Shown one piece after another: positions 33,919 to 46,078 of a stretch of DNA of 64,000 nt. The stretch lies in IMG/VR virus record IMGVR_UViG_3300014204_000111, positions 32,001 to 96,000 of that record. The stretch is one strand, 5' to 3'. Source of the DNA: a virus. Its lineage: Duplodnaviria; Caudoviricetes. The notes under the pieces were generated by a model. It did no database searches, was not told where the DNA came from, and saw nothing but the letters and a program-made list of their open reading frames with translations. The position numbers and the translations under genes are program-made. Each line of letters opens with the position of its first letter. Within the stretch, counting starts at the first letter, position 1.

Positions 33919-34629
33919 ATGGCTCAGAAAAGGACTTGGACTGACGAACAATTGACAGAGATTGTTAAATCTTCTATTTCAATTGCAGAGGTAACATTAA
34001 AATTAGGCTTGGTTATTGCTGGTGGAAGTGCTGCTTTGATTAAAAATCATATTAAAAGACTACAATTAGATATATCTCATTTTCATCGTAAGCAATGTTG
34101 TTCGGATGAATCATTAAAACAATTACATTTAAAACAGACATTTCCTATAGAGTCTATATTAATCAAAAATTCGACCTATAAGCATACTTCTACTTTAAGA
34201 CTAAGATTAATCAAAGAAGGACTTAAGGTTTATCAATGTGAGAATTGTCATTTGGAAGAGTGGTTAGAAGAACCAATTCCATTGCAATTGCATCATATTA
34301 ATGGGATTAGGGATGATAACAGAATTGAAAATCTTCAATTGTTGTGTCCTAATTGTCATGCTAAGACTGATACATATTGTGGTAAGAATGTCAACAAAGG
34401 TGTTAGAAAGGTCAGAGAAAAGAAGATTATAGAATCTAATAGTCTAAGACAAGTATCTATTGAAAAATTTCAAAGAATATTACCCGATGAAGTAATTTTA
34501 AAGAAATTATTATATAAAGGATTGTCTTGTACACAGATTGGATTTCTTTTTAATGTTACAGAAGCGGCAGTTAGAAAGTATTTAGGTAAATTAGGATTAT
34601 ATATTGCTGGTAAATATATAAGAAAGTAA
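33919..34629 (+). CDS. HNH endonuclease between tRNA-Leu genes
   Basis: CENC, LQLHHINGIRDDNRIENLQLLCPNCH. Confidence 0.9.
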   Translation: MAQKRTWTDEQLTEIVKSSISIAEVTLKLGLVIAGGSAALIKNHIKRLQLDISHFHRKQCCSDESLKQLHLKQTFPIESILIKNSTYKHTSTLRLRLIKEGLKVYQCENCHLEEWLEEPIPLQLHHINGIRDDNRIENLQLLCPNCHAKTDTYCGKNVNKGVRKVREKKIIESNSLRQVSIEKFQRILPDEVILKKLLYKGLSCTQIGFLFNVTEAAVRKYLGKLGLYIAGKYIRK

Positions 34630-34630
34630 T

Positions 34631-34718
34631 GGACGAGTGGCGAAACTGGTAAACGCGCAGTTCTCAAAAATCTGTGGGGATAAACCTCTTGTGAGTTCGA
34701 ATCTCACCTCGTCTACCA
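34631..34718 (+). tRNA. tRNA-Leu(CAA)
   Basis: ctCAAaa loop, variable arm, encoded CCA. Confidence 0.88.
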
Positions 34719-34855
34719 ATTTAAATTAGGTGTGAGATGTGGTTAAAGAAATTGATTATAAAGTTGTGGAATTGGCTTTTTTATCGTTATGATAAAGTTC
34801 CAGAGGGAGAACCTGAAGAGCAATATATAATGTTAAGTCGTGGTATTAAGATAAA

Positions 34856-34944
34856 GAGGAAGTAGGCGAATTGGCATAGCCACTCCCCTGAGACGGGAGA
34901 GAGGAAAACCACCTCGATTGCAGGTTCGAGTCCTGCCTTCCTCA
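34856..34944 (+). tRNA. tRNA-Leu(GAG)
   Basis: ctccc-ctGAGac-gggag, variable arm, GGTTCGAGTCC. Confidence 0.88.
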
Positions 34945-37316
34945 TTATTAGGAGATAGTATGTCACAATTGTCATTAACTAAAAACAGAGAACTAAGTAA
35001 TGAAGAGGTTTTAGAGTCATTAGTTAATCTAACTTTTGAGGATTTACCTGATAAATCTGTATCATTTCGAAGAGAGCGTACTATAATACCAACTAAGACC
35101 AAGAAGAATGCATCACAAGATGGAAAAATACAATTTCATCCAGATTTTAATGACCCAGATTATTTAGAGGCTATTCGTCTAGAAGCAGAAACAAACAGAA
35201 TTATTGCTCAAGAAAGAATAGATATGATGCAGATGCAAAGAGAGAGTAGAAATGCTCCTATAAATGTTGAGTTAACATATGTTGATAGAGAACCTAAATT
35301 TGTATATATTCCAGTTACTGAAATTGGGAATGGAAAGATTCATAGTATTCCTGTTAAGTTTGTTCGTGGTGGCACTTTAGTTTGGAACAATTATTTATCA
35401 CCAGAAATGCAAGATGTTATAGGATGGAGAGGCAAGATTAAAATTGAAGAAATATGGGATAGTGAGAAACAAAAAGCTTGTTTAATAAGTTGGCGTGATG
35501 AATTTAACTTGAGATATATAGATGTTGTTTATGTAGATTATATTGTCAATAAGCCAGAGTATGAGGTGATTAGTGAGTAAAATATTTGAAGCATCTGTTT
35601 TAGAAGAGGGACAAGTTAGAGGAGTTAAGAGAATTAAAGAAGGTATTGGTTTTACTTCTCAAACTTATTATGCCGCAGAATGCGTTTGTTTAGATGGAGT
35701 ATTTGCCATTAAAACAAAATCTCCTTTAGAAGAAGGAGATATTATAGTTATCTCTTTATTGAAGGAAACAGAACAAATTAAAGATTGTGTGCCAACTTCA
35801 GTAATAGGAGATTATGCTCCAAGCTCATTAGAGGATTAATTATGTTTTTAACTAGAGAATTAATACTTACAACAATTGCAGAGAATATGGCTCATACTTA
35901 CCAAGTGTGGATTTATAAGCATAATTCAGAAAAAGATATAACTACATTTTGTTCTTGGCTTGCACAAGGTATCATTAATGATTTAAGAAATCAATATGGT
36001 AAGACAATTCCAGAATCCATTTATAAAGATGTTAGAAATTTTTGTGCAAGTTCATATTGGGATTTGTACCATACTGTTCCTCTGTATAAGGCTCAAACTT
36101 TTAATATTGGAGAGCATAATTTTAATTGTATGGATACTGATGCTATTACTATAATGATAGTAAGAGATTACAAGGAAGGTCAAGAAATGCCGATGTATCT
36201 TGGTAGAACAAAAACTATAAAGGAAGAAAACAAGATGACTGAATTAGATAAAGTTATGGCTCCAGAAAAGACTCTTAAAGACCCAGAAGTAGTTATAATT
36301 GAACAAGGTTTACAGAATATTACAAATGCTGAAAGTGAATTGATAGAACTATTAAGTCGTTATTCTACTTGTATTTCTTCTGTAGAAACAATTGGTTCTA
36401 ATATAGTTGCTCTTTTTGCGGAATAAATTATGATATATAAAGAGAGAGTAAAAACTAAACAATCAATGAAGAAAGATTATTTTCCAGAAAGAAAAGAAAC
36501 TTTAGAAGCTATCATTGAGTGTATAGATAGGTCTTGGAGTAAAACACTTCTTCATGCTCGATATAAAAAGTCAGCATATATGCATGATATTTTAGGGGTA
36601 TTTTTTTCTTATCTTCGTAACCAGATACGTTCAAGACTAGAACCTGATGATATGGTTCTTGCATTAGAAGTATGTATTGGGATTAATATTCTTTGTGATA
36701 GAAATAATTGGATAGTTCATGGTAGCAGACCTAAATTTAAATTGGATGCAATTACAATAGGTAATTCAATTTTTTCTGGAGAAGAGATTAATCAAGAGCT
36801 TAGAGATGAAATTTCAGACTTGCTCTTTATGGGCGAAGAGTTGAGGTTTATTGATAAAGGTATAGAACAACTAGAGAATATGATTGTTCAATATGAAGCT
36901 TCTATTGGTGAAGCACATAAACTAGGTAACAATATTGTTAAATTATTTTCGGAGTAATATTATGGCAGATGAAGTTAAGAAGACAGCGTTAGATACGTTG
37001 AACAGTATTATTGGTTTTGATGCGAGTAAGGACGCTCAAGCCGATGTTCGTGCAGGTACAAGTGGAGTCTTTGACGAAGTTTTAAAGACTGTTCGTGAAG
37101 AGCGGGATGCCGAGATTAAGGCTAAGGCGATTGTCCTTTTTAAGGATGCTATTACTCGCGCTAAGTCCTTGGCTAAGATTAAGAGTGATTTTGACAAGCT
37201 CTACCGGAAAGAAGAAGGTGAGTTAGTCAAGCTAGTCAAGCGTATCGAAGCTATGTCACGCGGCGAGGCTCCTCCAATTGATGAAGGCGAGAAGAAGGAA
37301 GATTAATCTAAAATTG

Positions 37317-37343
37317 AAGGGAAGGGTCTTACCCTTCCCTTCG
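37317..37343 (+). terminator. Strong hairpin after ORF ending at 37306
   Basis: GAAGGGAAGGGT-ctt-ACCCTTCCCTTC; no U-tract. Confidence 0.45.
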
Positions 37344-37363
37344 CATCTAGCGAGGATTTAAAT

Positions 37364-37822
37364 ATGGAAATTTTAACAAGCGAAAACCCTATTCTTCATA
37401 AGCCTTGTGATACATTGAGTTTTGAAGAATCTTTAAAGATTGGTCTTAAGTTAAGAGAAAAATTAGCTGAAATTAACAAAGAGAGTTTTAATTCACTTGG
37501 TCTTTCTGCTCCTCAAATAGGAGAAAATGCAAGAGTTTTTGTAACACAATTTTTGCCAAATAGTGATATTGAAATTTATATTAATCCAGAAGTTATTTCT
37601 TTTAGTACAAAAAAGAAGTTTCTTCATTCCGAGGGGTGTCTTTCATTACCAGGGGACACATTTAATGCAGTTCGTTCTCTAACTTATACAATCAAATATA
37701 TCCAAGAATCAGGCGAATCTATTATACATTCTTATTATTATTTACAGAGCGCAATTATTCAACATGAATACGACCATCTCGAAGGTAGGTTAATATATCG
37801 TGGAATTTCAAAAACAGTATAA
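37364..37822 (+). CDS. def: Peptide deformylase
   Basis: GLSAPQIG, EGCLSLP, QHEYDHLEG. Confidence 0.93.
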   Translation: MEILTSENPILHKPCDTLSFEESLKIGLKLREKLAEINKESFNSLGLSAPQIGENARVFVTQFLPNSDIEIYINPEVISFSTKKKFLHSEGCLSLPGDTFNAVRSLTYTIKYIQESGESIIHSYYYLQSAIIQHEYDHLEGRLIYRGISKTV

Positions 37823-38312
37823 TGATATATATAATAAATATAGAAATCAAATATACTTTCATATATATAAAAAAGTTCATAATATAGAAGATGCTGAGGA
37901 TTTAACTCACGAAGCTTTTATCAAAAGTATGAATCATATGGAAAAGAAGGGTATTCAAGAGGGAGTTCAAGCTCTTTTATATTTTGCTGCAAATAGTGTT
38001 ATTTCTAATTTTTTTCAAAATAAGAAAAGAAATGATGCTATTACTAGTCATGCTATTACAATATATAGAAACGAAGTTTCTAACGATTTTGATACAAACT
38101 TATTATTCTCTTCATCTCTCAAGGCTATATCTCCTTTTTTAACTAAAACAGAAAATAAAATCTTATTACTTCTAGAAAAAGACTTAACAACTAAAGAGAT
38201 GCAAGATGAATTGGGATTAAGTATGGATTATATAAGACGTAAAATAACACACCTTCGTAAACTATTAAAGGATACGTCTGAATATCGTATATTGCAAAGG
38301 AAATGGGAATGA
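37800..38312 (+). CDS. ECF-type sigma factor
   Basis: EDAEDLTHEAFIK; C-terminal HTH. Confidence 0.75.
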   Translation: MEFQKQYNDIYNKYRNQIYFHIYKKVHNIEDAEDLTHEAFIKSMNHMEKKGIQEGVQALLYFAANSVISNFFQNKKRNDAITSHAITIYRNEVSNDFDTNLLFSSSLKAISPFLTKTENKILLLLEKDLTTKEMQDELGLSMDYIRRKITHLRKLLKDTSEYRILQRKWE

Positions 38313-39182
38313 TGGTGTTGATTAACCAAGTAGCACCTATTGACAGTGCTATTAAATATGCAGAAAAATTACTACCATATCATTATGACACATTTGTATT
38401 GGCATTAATCCTCTCTGATGTGGATAGAATAAAAAAATCTTCTCTATTTATATCACAACCAATGAACTCTATTTTACAACGTGGATTTGTAGCAATAGGT
38501 AAATATAAGATTGAAGGAAAAGTTGTGGATGTTTATTTAATAACTGATGCAAGGAATTTCACAAAGAGTTTTATTTATACACATTTTGGTTTTGGTACTA
38601 TTAATAGTACCTCAGTAGAGGTTGATTTAGATGTTTAAAGTAGTTGATTGTCCTAAATGTAAGTCTCAAATAAGAGATTATGCTTGGAAAATTATAACAA
38701 TGAAACAGGAAGATATTCAACTTTCTGGATATGGAATAACGATTGGTTATAAAATAGAATATACGATAAAATGTCCTGTGTGTGACAATTTGTTGGAGAT
38801 AAATGAATGTTATTAGAAGAATGTGAGTATTTTAAATGCTTTCTTCTTACAACAAGAATAAAGCTTTTTAAATCAATTATTAATCATTGTCAAAAATATG
38901 ATGGTTATGATAAATATACTCATTATGAACAAATGTTTCTTTTAGAGACTAATATATCCTTTTTTAAAAAAAGACAATTTTTGATACAACAACAAACTAA
39001 ACAAAGTAGAAGAGCTTTATTTTTACCATCTAGTCATACAAATTGTGACATAAATTTAGTATGGAAAAAAATGGTTTATTTGTATCCTCAATTATATCCA
39101 ACTAATTTTATGGTATATGATTTGAATGATATTATCTCTTCTAAATTTAATTTTAAAGCACAACATGTAAGAGGAATATAAA

Positions 39183-39716
39183 ATGAGATACATATATTTA
39201 TTGTTAGTAATATTAATGATAGGTTGTACAAAAACCCAATCAAATACTAGTTTTGGTTATCATTGGATAACTCAACCTGTTAATATAAAATTTAGTGGTT
39301 GCTCTATCCAAGAAATAGAGTTAATTACTTCAGCTCTTGAAAAAACTAATCATTTAGATTTTAAATATAATATAAGCGATAAATCTCCTAATATTGAAAT
39401 TAAGTCTTATCAAGGAGCATGGACAAAAAGCTCTTCATCTTCGCCAACAGCGGAAGATAATATTGGTGGTAGGACTGACATGAAAGTAAAAGGAGCAGAA
39501 ATCAATTCAGTAACTATTTGGATGAATAGCTATATTCTAGAAGATAATGGAGGATATCCTACTGTATTTCAATCTGTATTTCTTCATGAGTATGGACATG
39601 CTATGGGAATGATACATAGTAATGATAGCCAAGGAATAATGAATGTTAATAATCCTTGGAAGGGACTAGAGTTTTATTCACAAAAAGAAATTAATATGAT
39701 TAATGAGAGATATTAA
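39183..39716 (+). CDS. Matrixin-like zinc metallopeptidase lipoprotein
   Basis: Lipobox MIGC; HEYGHAMGMIHS with Met-turn. Confidence 0.8.
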   Translation: MRYIYLLLVILMIGCTKTQSNTSFGYHWITQPVNIKFSGCSIQEIELITSALEKTNHLDFKYNISDKSPNIEIKSYQGAWTKSSSSSPTAEDNIGGRTDMKVKGAEINSVTIWMNSYILEDNGGYPTVFQSVFLHEYGHAMGMIHSNDSQGIMNVNNPWKGLEFYSQKEINMINERY

Positions 39717-40067
39717 TGGAACATTTTTTTTACAAATATTTTAGAATTCAATGGTTAATCGGAATATGTGTATACAAGATTATGAAGTGTCTTTGTCTTG
39801 GCTTACTTGGCCTTTAACATTATTATTTATTAGTTATTTTAATGCTAAATCTTTAGCGGGAAATTTATTTAAATCCCTTAAACCTGTAGACCCTTTTGTT
39901 AAACGTCTTTTAGAAAAAGAGAAAGAATTAAAACAAGTTGAAGAGCAAAGAAATTTATTGATAAAACAGAAGCTACAGTAAATAAGATAATACTTGTACA
40001 AAAAGAAATTAACGTCAAGCAAGATTTGATAGAAGAAAAATTAGCAACTAAGGCTATTATTGACCAT

Positions 40068-40095
40068 GTTTGAAACTTGGCTATAAGGGTATAAT
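40068..40095 (+). promoter_or_regulatory. Phage promoter (SigB-like) of pncB-pncA
   Basis: GTTTGA-N13-GGGTATAAT. Confidence 0.75.
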
Positions 40096-40122
40096 ATGGT
40101 AGTCAACAACTAGGAGTTAATT

Positions 40123-41502
40123 ATGAGAACGCAATCGATTTTTCAAGAATTTCCGATTATTGGAATAAATGACTGGTATTCTATTAGCGAAGCTTATGCG
40201 TATTGGAAGAAGAATTTACAAAATGAGATAACAGTCTTTAATTTTCATTATCGTCAAGCTCCTTTTGGACATAATTATATTATTATGTGTGGAAGTCAAA
40301 CTGTATTTGACTTCCTTTCTGCGTATAAAAAGAGTTCTATTCCACAGAGAAGAGATTTTTGGACTAGAATATGTAAACAACAAGGAATTTATGACAGCAA
40401 ATTTCATCGTTATTTATATACTCTTTCATTTAATGATTTAGAGATTAAGAGTGCCAGAGAAGGTGATTTTGTCTTTGCTTATGAACCTTTGATGACAGTA
40501 AAAGGCTCTGTTGTTAAATGTCGCTTGTTAGAAGATTTAATTATTAATAGCATTAATTATGAAAGTGCGGTATGCACCAAGGCATTCCATATTAGCAATG
40601 TTACAATGAAACCTTTTGCTGAATTTGGTACAAGAAGATGTAAGGGATTTTTTTCTCCTCTTCAAGCTAGTCGTGCTGCATTAATTGGTGGCGCTTCTTC
40701 AACAGCTAACTGTTTAGCTTCCGACATGTATGGAGCAACATTATCTGGAACAATGTCTCATTCATGGATTGAATTTTGGCATGACCAAAAAACAGCCTTT
40801 AAGAAATGGGCAGAAATTTATCCTAAAGACCCTGTGTTTTTAGTGGATACATATGATATTCACACAGGTATTCATGATGCTATTGATGTAGCAAAAGACT
40901 TTGGTTATTCATGTGGTATTCGTTTAGATAGTGGAGATTTTGTTAAGTGGTCTCGTTATATTAAGATGGTTGCAGCAGAAGCACATGTACATGTAGATGT
41001 TATTGTTTCTGGAGATATGGATGAACATTCTGTTCAACATTTAGAGTCTTGTGGAGCAACAATTGATAAATATGGAATTGGAACTAAGTTAGTTGACCCA
41101 GAAAGAGTGGGTGGAGTTTACAAAATGTGTGAATCTATGCGAACATATATTTGTAAATTCTCAGAAGATGGGAAAGAAAGTTATCCAGGTAATTTAGTAA
41201 CTTGGAGAGTTAAAAACAGACAAATTTCAGATTATCCACTTTTTGATTATATTACTCCTAATGGTGATTGTTTTATTGGAGAAGGAAAAGCTGATGATTT
41301 ACAAGTAACTTCTGATTGGTTCAAAGATGATAAATATTGTAGTTCGTTTCAAAAGGCTAAGAATCTGTGCAATTATTCACGAAGGACAAATATGTTAATG
41401 ACACTAGAAGGACGTAGTTTAGATAATTATCAAGTTGTGGTTAATCCTATTATTTTGGCACATAAAATAATATTAAAACGTATTTATAGTGGAGGACGCT
41501 AA
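40123..41502 (+). CDS. pncB: Nicotinate phosphoribosyltransferase
   Basis: EFGTRR, GTMSHSW, LVDTYD, GIRLDSGD, YGIGT, GGVYK. Confidence 0.9.
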   Translation: MRTQSIFQEFPIIGINDWYSISEAYAYWKKNLQNEITVFNFHYRQAPFGHNYIIMCGSQTVFDFLSAYKKSSIPQRRDFWTRICKQQGIYDSKFHRYLYTLSFNDLEIKSAREGDFVFAYEPLMTVKGSVVKCRLLEDLIINSINYESAVCTKAFHISNVTMKPFAEFGTRRCKGFFSPLQASRAALIGGASSTANCLASDMYGATLSGTMSHSWIEFWHDQKTAFKKWAEIYPKDPVFLVDTYDIHTGIHDAIDVAKDFGYSCGIRLDSGDFVKWSRYIKMVAAEAHVHVDVIVSGDMDEHSVQHLESCGATIDKYGIGTKLVDPERVGGVYKMCESMRTYICKFSEDGKESYPGNLVTWRVKNRQISDYPLFDYITPNGDCFIGEGKADDLQVTSDWFKDDKYCSSFQKAKNLCNYSRRTNMLMTLEGRSLDNYQVVVNPIILAHKIILKRIYSGGR

Positions 41503-41503
41503 A

Positions 41504-42073
41504 ATGAGAGCACTATTGATTATTGATTTTCAAACAGATTTTATCGAAGGCTCTCTAGCGATAAAGAGGGCAGGAGCAATGTTATCTCTTATAACAGAGT
41601 TGGCTAGAGAATTTTATAAAAATGGACTAGTAGTAACTACCCAAGATTCTCACCCATATAACCATTGTTCTTTTGAAGAGAATGGAGGTCAATGGCCGCG
41701 TCATTGTGTCAAAAATTCTTGGGGAGAAGATTTCTCATATAAGTTTAAATCAAATGTTTTGCCTTATGTAAGTTTCAATATTAAGAAAGGTGAACGCCCA
41801 GAATGTGATAGTTATTCTGCTTTTAAAGATGATGGTGGTCATGATACTGGATTAAAAAATTGGTTAACAGAGAAAGGTGTTGATGAAGTTTATATTGTTG
41901 GTGTAGCATTAGATTATTGTGTTAAAGCATCTGCTCTACATAGTGTTGAAAGCGGATTTAAAACATATCTTTTAACTGATGTTTGCAAAGGTGTTTCTCT
42001 TCAAGGCTCTTTATCTTCTATTGAAGAGATGGAAAAAGCTGGAGTAATTATTACTCGTTCGGAAGTGATATAA
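41504..42073 (+). CDS. pncA: Nicotinamidase
   Basis: IIDFQTDF..GSL, TQDSHP, WPRHCV, KG...DSYSAF, ALDYCV. Confidence 0.92.
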   Translation: MRALLIIDFQTDFIEGSLAIKRAGAMLSLITELAREFYKNGLVVTTQDSHPYNHCSFEENGGQWPRHCVKNSWGEDFSYKFKSNVLPYVSFNIKKGERPECDSYSAFKDDGGHDTGLKNWLTEKGVDEVYIVGVALDYCVKASALHSVESGFKTYLLTDVCKGVSLQGSLSSIEEMEKAGVIITRSEVI

Positions 42074-43604
42074 TGCCTAATTTAGAAGATGATGTAGAAA
42101 TTGTAACAAAGATTTGTAACGATTGTGGTAAAGAGGAGACTTGTATTCTCCATCATAGTAAATATAAGTGTTCTGTCTGTCGAGAGAAAGAAATCAAATA
42201 TATTATGGAAGAAACAAGAAAAGATTGGAAAATCCTTTTTTGTTTTATTATATTATTTGTTGCTTTCGTAGTTATTTCTATTATTTGGGTACTTATTACA
42301 TGTCTATAAAAATAGGTTCACAAGGTTTATGGATAGAACCTACAGATGAAGAAAAAGACGAAATTTTAAATAGACTTGTCATCAAAACTGGTAGAACTTT
42401 AGAAGAATGTTCAACTTTTGGAAGGTTGTGTTTCTGGAGAGAATTTAAAATGGAAACTAGTTTAGAGATGATGAATCTCACAGATATATGGATGATACAA
42501 CGAAAAGAAGAAGCGAAAGTGAAATGGCTAATTAAGTGGAGAATTATATGATAACAGAGTTTTTTAAAACAATTTATGGAAATTTGTTTGGTCGTTGGAC
42601 TTCTTATAGTTATGGATTTGGCTGGAAAGATGATTATGGAAACATTAGGATGAGGGAAAAGCCCTGGATGTCAAGTGATAAACCTATCACTGTCTTATAT
42701 CAAAAGAATTCGATTTCTAATAATCGTAGGAGTAAAGTTATTCCAGGGCATTTAACAAAACTAGAGTTAATAAATGAATTTAAAAATTATAATAAGGATA
42801 CATCTGAAGCGCAAGAAGATATGGTGTTAAGAGAATTAGATTTACTGTTAGCAAAAAAGATTAAAAATAAATAATAAATTAGGAGATTACACATGTTTAA
42901 AATGAAACGTGTTCCAGTTGCACCAAAAAACAAAATTAAAGTTACAAAAGAGATAGAAGTGCATAATTTACAAGAAGCAGTTGATTATTTTAAAGGATGT
43001 AATTTTAGTGATGTTAAGCTTAAAGCAATTATAGATGATTCTTATTATGATAGTGTCGTAGCTACTTATAATTGTCAAGAAACAGATGAAGAGTTTGCTG
43101 CTAGACAATCTAAGTATCAAGATGATTTAAAAGTTTATAAGGAATGGGAGAAGGCTAATGCTGCTAATATTAAAATTTATAAAGAGAAAAGAGCAGAATA
43201 TAAAAAGAATCTAGAAGCTCAAAAAGCCGCAACTGAAAAGATAAATATTCTAAAAGAATTAGACAAAATACAGAAAAGACAAGAGGCTTTAGCGAAAAAG
43301 GAAGCTGCATTATTAAAAGGTAATATATAGGAGTTTATATGACGAGTATTAGTGAGACAATTTCTTCAGAAGAGTTTGATAATACTATTATTGAGACTAG
43401 ACATTATTCTCTTGAAACACCTAAAGGAGAGGTATACTGTACTAATGTAGGAGATATAGAGAATGAGAATAATTTTATAGAAATTAGTATTTTACCTGAT
43501 GGTGTTGTGCTTGAAAGTATTGCAGAAGATGGCTCTCCTGTCCAATCTATTCAAGTATCTAAAGAGGCTATGAAATATTTTTGCGAGGAAATTATTAAGA
43601 GATT

Positions 43605-43970
43605 ATGAGAAAAATAGCGGTTGTAGGAAGCAGAAGTTATGATACTCCTCAAGATTGGATAGAATTCAGAAAAACAATGTTGGAAATTATTCAAGATGAT
43701 GAAGTAATGTTTATTAGTGGAGGAGCTAATGGTTCAGATACAATGGCTGAAAAATTTGCAAAACTCTATTCTATACCAATTTTAATTTGGTATGCTAATT
43801 GGAATAAATTTAAAAAATCAGCAGGATTTATTAGAAATCAACAAATTGTAGATAATGCAGAGGAATTAATTGCGTTTTGGGATGGAGAAAGTAAAGGAAC
43901 TCAACATTCGATAGAATTAGCAAACAAGAAGGGTATTCCAGTAACAGTGATTAATATTATTAAAGGATAA
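43605..43970 (+). CDS. YspA/SLOG (DUF2493-like) protein
   Basis: AVVGSR, ISGGANGSD, AGFIRN, AFWDGESKGT. Confidence 0.85.
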   Translation: MRKIAVVGSRSYDTPQDWIEFRKTMLEIIQDDEVMFISGGANGSDTMAEKFAKLYSIPILIWYANWNKFKKSAGFIRNQQIVDNAEELIAFWDGESKGTQHSIELANKKGIPVTVINIIKG

Positions 43971-43973
43971 AAA

Positions 43974-44885
43974 ATGAATATTTCAGATTTTGAAACAGAA
44001 GCAATAAGTGGCAATGTATTTGATTTATGCAAAACACAAAATAATGTTGTAGAGGCTAAGGTAGATGGTGTTAGAGCTATGATAGGTAATCTTAACGGAC
44101 AAAGATTTATGCATAGTCGCAATAAAGTAAATGGTGTTTATGTTAATTATGCTGATGTTTTTGATTATATTCAGGTTCCTGACGGAATAGTTGTAGATGG
44201 AGAATTAGCATATCCAGGTAAATCTAGCAAAGATGTAATGAGAGTATTTGGTTCTTCACCAGAACAAGCTAAAAAAAAGTTATTAACATTAGGTAAACCT
44301 ACTTATTATATTTTTGACGCTCTTTGTCATAATAATTTAGATATGAGAGGTCATTCTCAACTAACTAGGAGACTTACGGCTGAGCTAATAGCTGCTAATA
44401 TGAATTCATATTTTGTGACTGTAGCTCCCGTTTTAGCACAATCATGTAGCTCCTTTGCTCTTGACTCTTTACTTGCTCAATCTAAACAACTAGGTTATGA
44501 AGGATTAGTAATAAAAGATAGAACTAAGTCTTATGACGGCTCGACTTGGGGAAAGGTAAAGGGGTCTTATACCTACGATTTTGTTATTGTAGGATTTGAA
44601 GATTCTAAATCACCTAAATATCAAGATAAAGGTATTGCTGCTCTTCGATTAGGTTTATATAATAAGGATGGTAAACTAGTTTTTGTTACTAAATGTTCTG
44701 GACTAACTGATATTGAGCGTTTTGCTTTTTATCAAAATAAAACAGAATATATTGGAAAAGTAGTAGAAGTAAGTGCTGAAAGAATGTTTGAAACAGGAGC
44801 GTTAAGACATCCATCGTATTTAAATTTACGACCAGATTTGACTGACATACATCAAACATTTAAAAAGTACAATATAGATAAATAG
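43974..44885 (+). CDS. ATP-dependent DNA ligase
   Basis: EAKVDGVR, DGEL, IFD, EGLVIK, KVK, LRHP...RPD. Confidence 0.9.
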   Translation: MNISDFETEAISGNVFDLCKTQNNVVEAKVDGVRAMIGNLNGQRFMHSRNKVNGVYVNYADVFDYIQVPDGIVVDGELAYPGKSSKDVMRVFGSSPEQAKKKLLTLGKPTYYIFDALCHNNLDMRGHSQLTRRLTAELIAANMNSYFVTVAPVLAQSCSSFALDSLLAQSKQLGYEGLVIKDRTKSYDGSTWGKVKGSYTYDFVIVGFEDSKSPKYQDKGIAALRLGLYNKDGKLVFVTKCSGLTDIERFAFYQNKTEYIGKVVEVSAERMFETGALRHPSYLNLRPDLTDIHQTFKKYNIDK

Positions 44886-44905
44886 TTATAATAAAGAGAT
44901 TAAAA

Positions 44906-45169
44906 ATGAAAAATAGAACACTTAGTATAAATAAAAAAAGAGAATTGAGAAAGTCTCATCCCTGTTGTTCTATTTGTGGATATAATAAATATCCTGAAAT
45001 TCTCGAAATTCATCATAATAATTTTAATCCTAGAGACAATATCCCAGAGAATCTTTTAGTTATATGTCCTACTTGTCATAAAGAAATTCACTATCAACAA
45101 GAAATAGAAGAAGGTATAAAAATTCTTAAAGAGAAAGATATTTTAGATAAAATTAAAGAGTTAGAATGA
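44906..45169 (+). CDS. Small HNH endonuclease
   Basis: CSICG, LEIHH, NIPENLLVICPTCHKEIH. Confidence 0.85.
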   Translation: MKNRTLSINKKRELRKSHPCCSICGYNKYPEILEIHHNNFNPRDNIPENLLVICPTCHKEIHYQQEIEEGIKILKEKDILDKIKELE

Positions 45170-46049
45170 GTTTTTGGAAAGATGACGCCATAGAAGAGTG
45201 GAAATTTGTTAATCTTATTTGGGAACAAGTACGAGCTGGTATACACAGAAGATTTATAATGAGAATTAATGTACTTGATTATACATATTCTAAATGGTGG
45301 GATGAATTGATTAAATATTCAGAGGAAATCTTTAAGTAAATTATATGGATAAATATATAAGAACAACATTTTATTCTCGTCATCATTTTATTAGCAATAT
45401 ATTAATTAATTATCGTTGGAATTTTACGTTTACAATTAAATGGAATATGAGAAGAATATTATATCTTAGAAACAAATCTCCGCAGCATCTTTTTGGTTTG
45501 CATAATATTTGGAGACAATTAAAATATAATGGTTTGAGGTAACTATAGATGAGGTTCTTAAGATACATAAGTGTAAAAAAGATTATAATAAAAAAGATAA
45601 GAGCTATAAAAATATGATGAATAGATATTATATAGAAGATAGGCCGTTTTATCTAAATCTATTTGGTCATTGGAGAATATCGTTTCAAGCATATATTTGT
45701 ATAGGATTAAAGACTAATAGTAAATATAGATTTTTACCGATGTATAATGCTAAAAAAAGTTTAAAGGAAAAATGGAGTTTATTACGCAAAGATTACATAA
45801 ATTAAGTTTTGTAAGAAAAATTAGATTATATATAAGGTGTCTACGTATAAATTGTTGGAGCTTGTTTACGTTAACTGCTTGTTTAAACAAGATGAAATCT
45901 AAATGACAGTAGGCCCAACTAAATGGAAATTTCTTATTTACATATTTTTTTGCATAAGAACACCGTATATTTCACCTTGTGTTATGAAAATGAACCTTAC
46001 TGATGCATGGGTACTTAGGAAGAGATAACCTAAATTTTACCAGATATTT

Positions 46050-46078
46050 GTTTCGTCGCTCTTCACCAGGGGTATAAT
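46050..46078 (+). promoter_or_regulatory. Phage promoter firing antisense into HNH gene
   Basis: GTTTCG-N14-GGGTATAAT. Confidence 0.6.

Noticed and set aside
45839-45920. Possible pseudoknot (GTCTAC/GTAGGC, GTTGG/CCAAC)
   Set aside because: Short helices, no second copy or promoter; could be chance.
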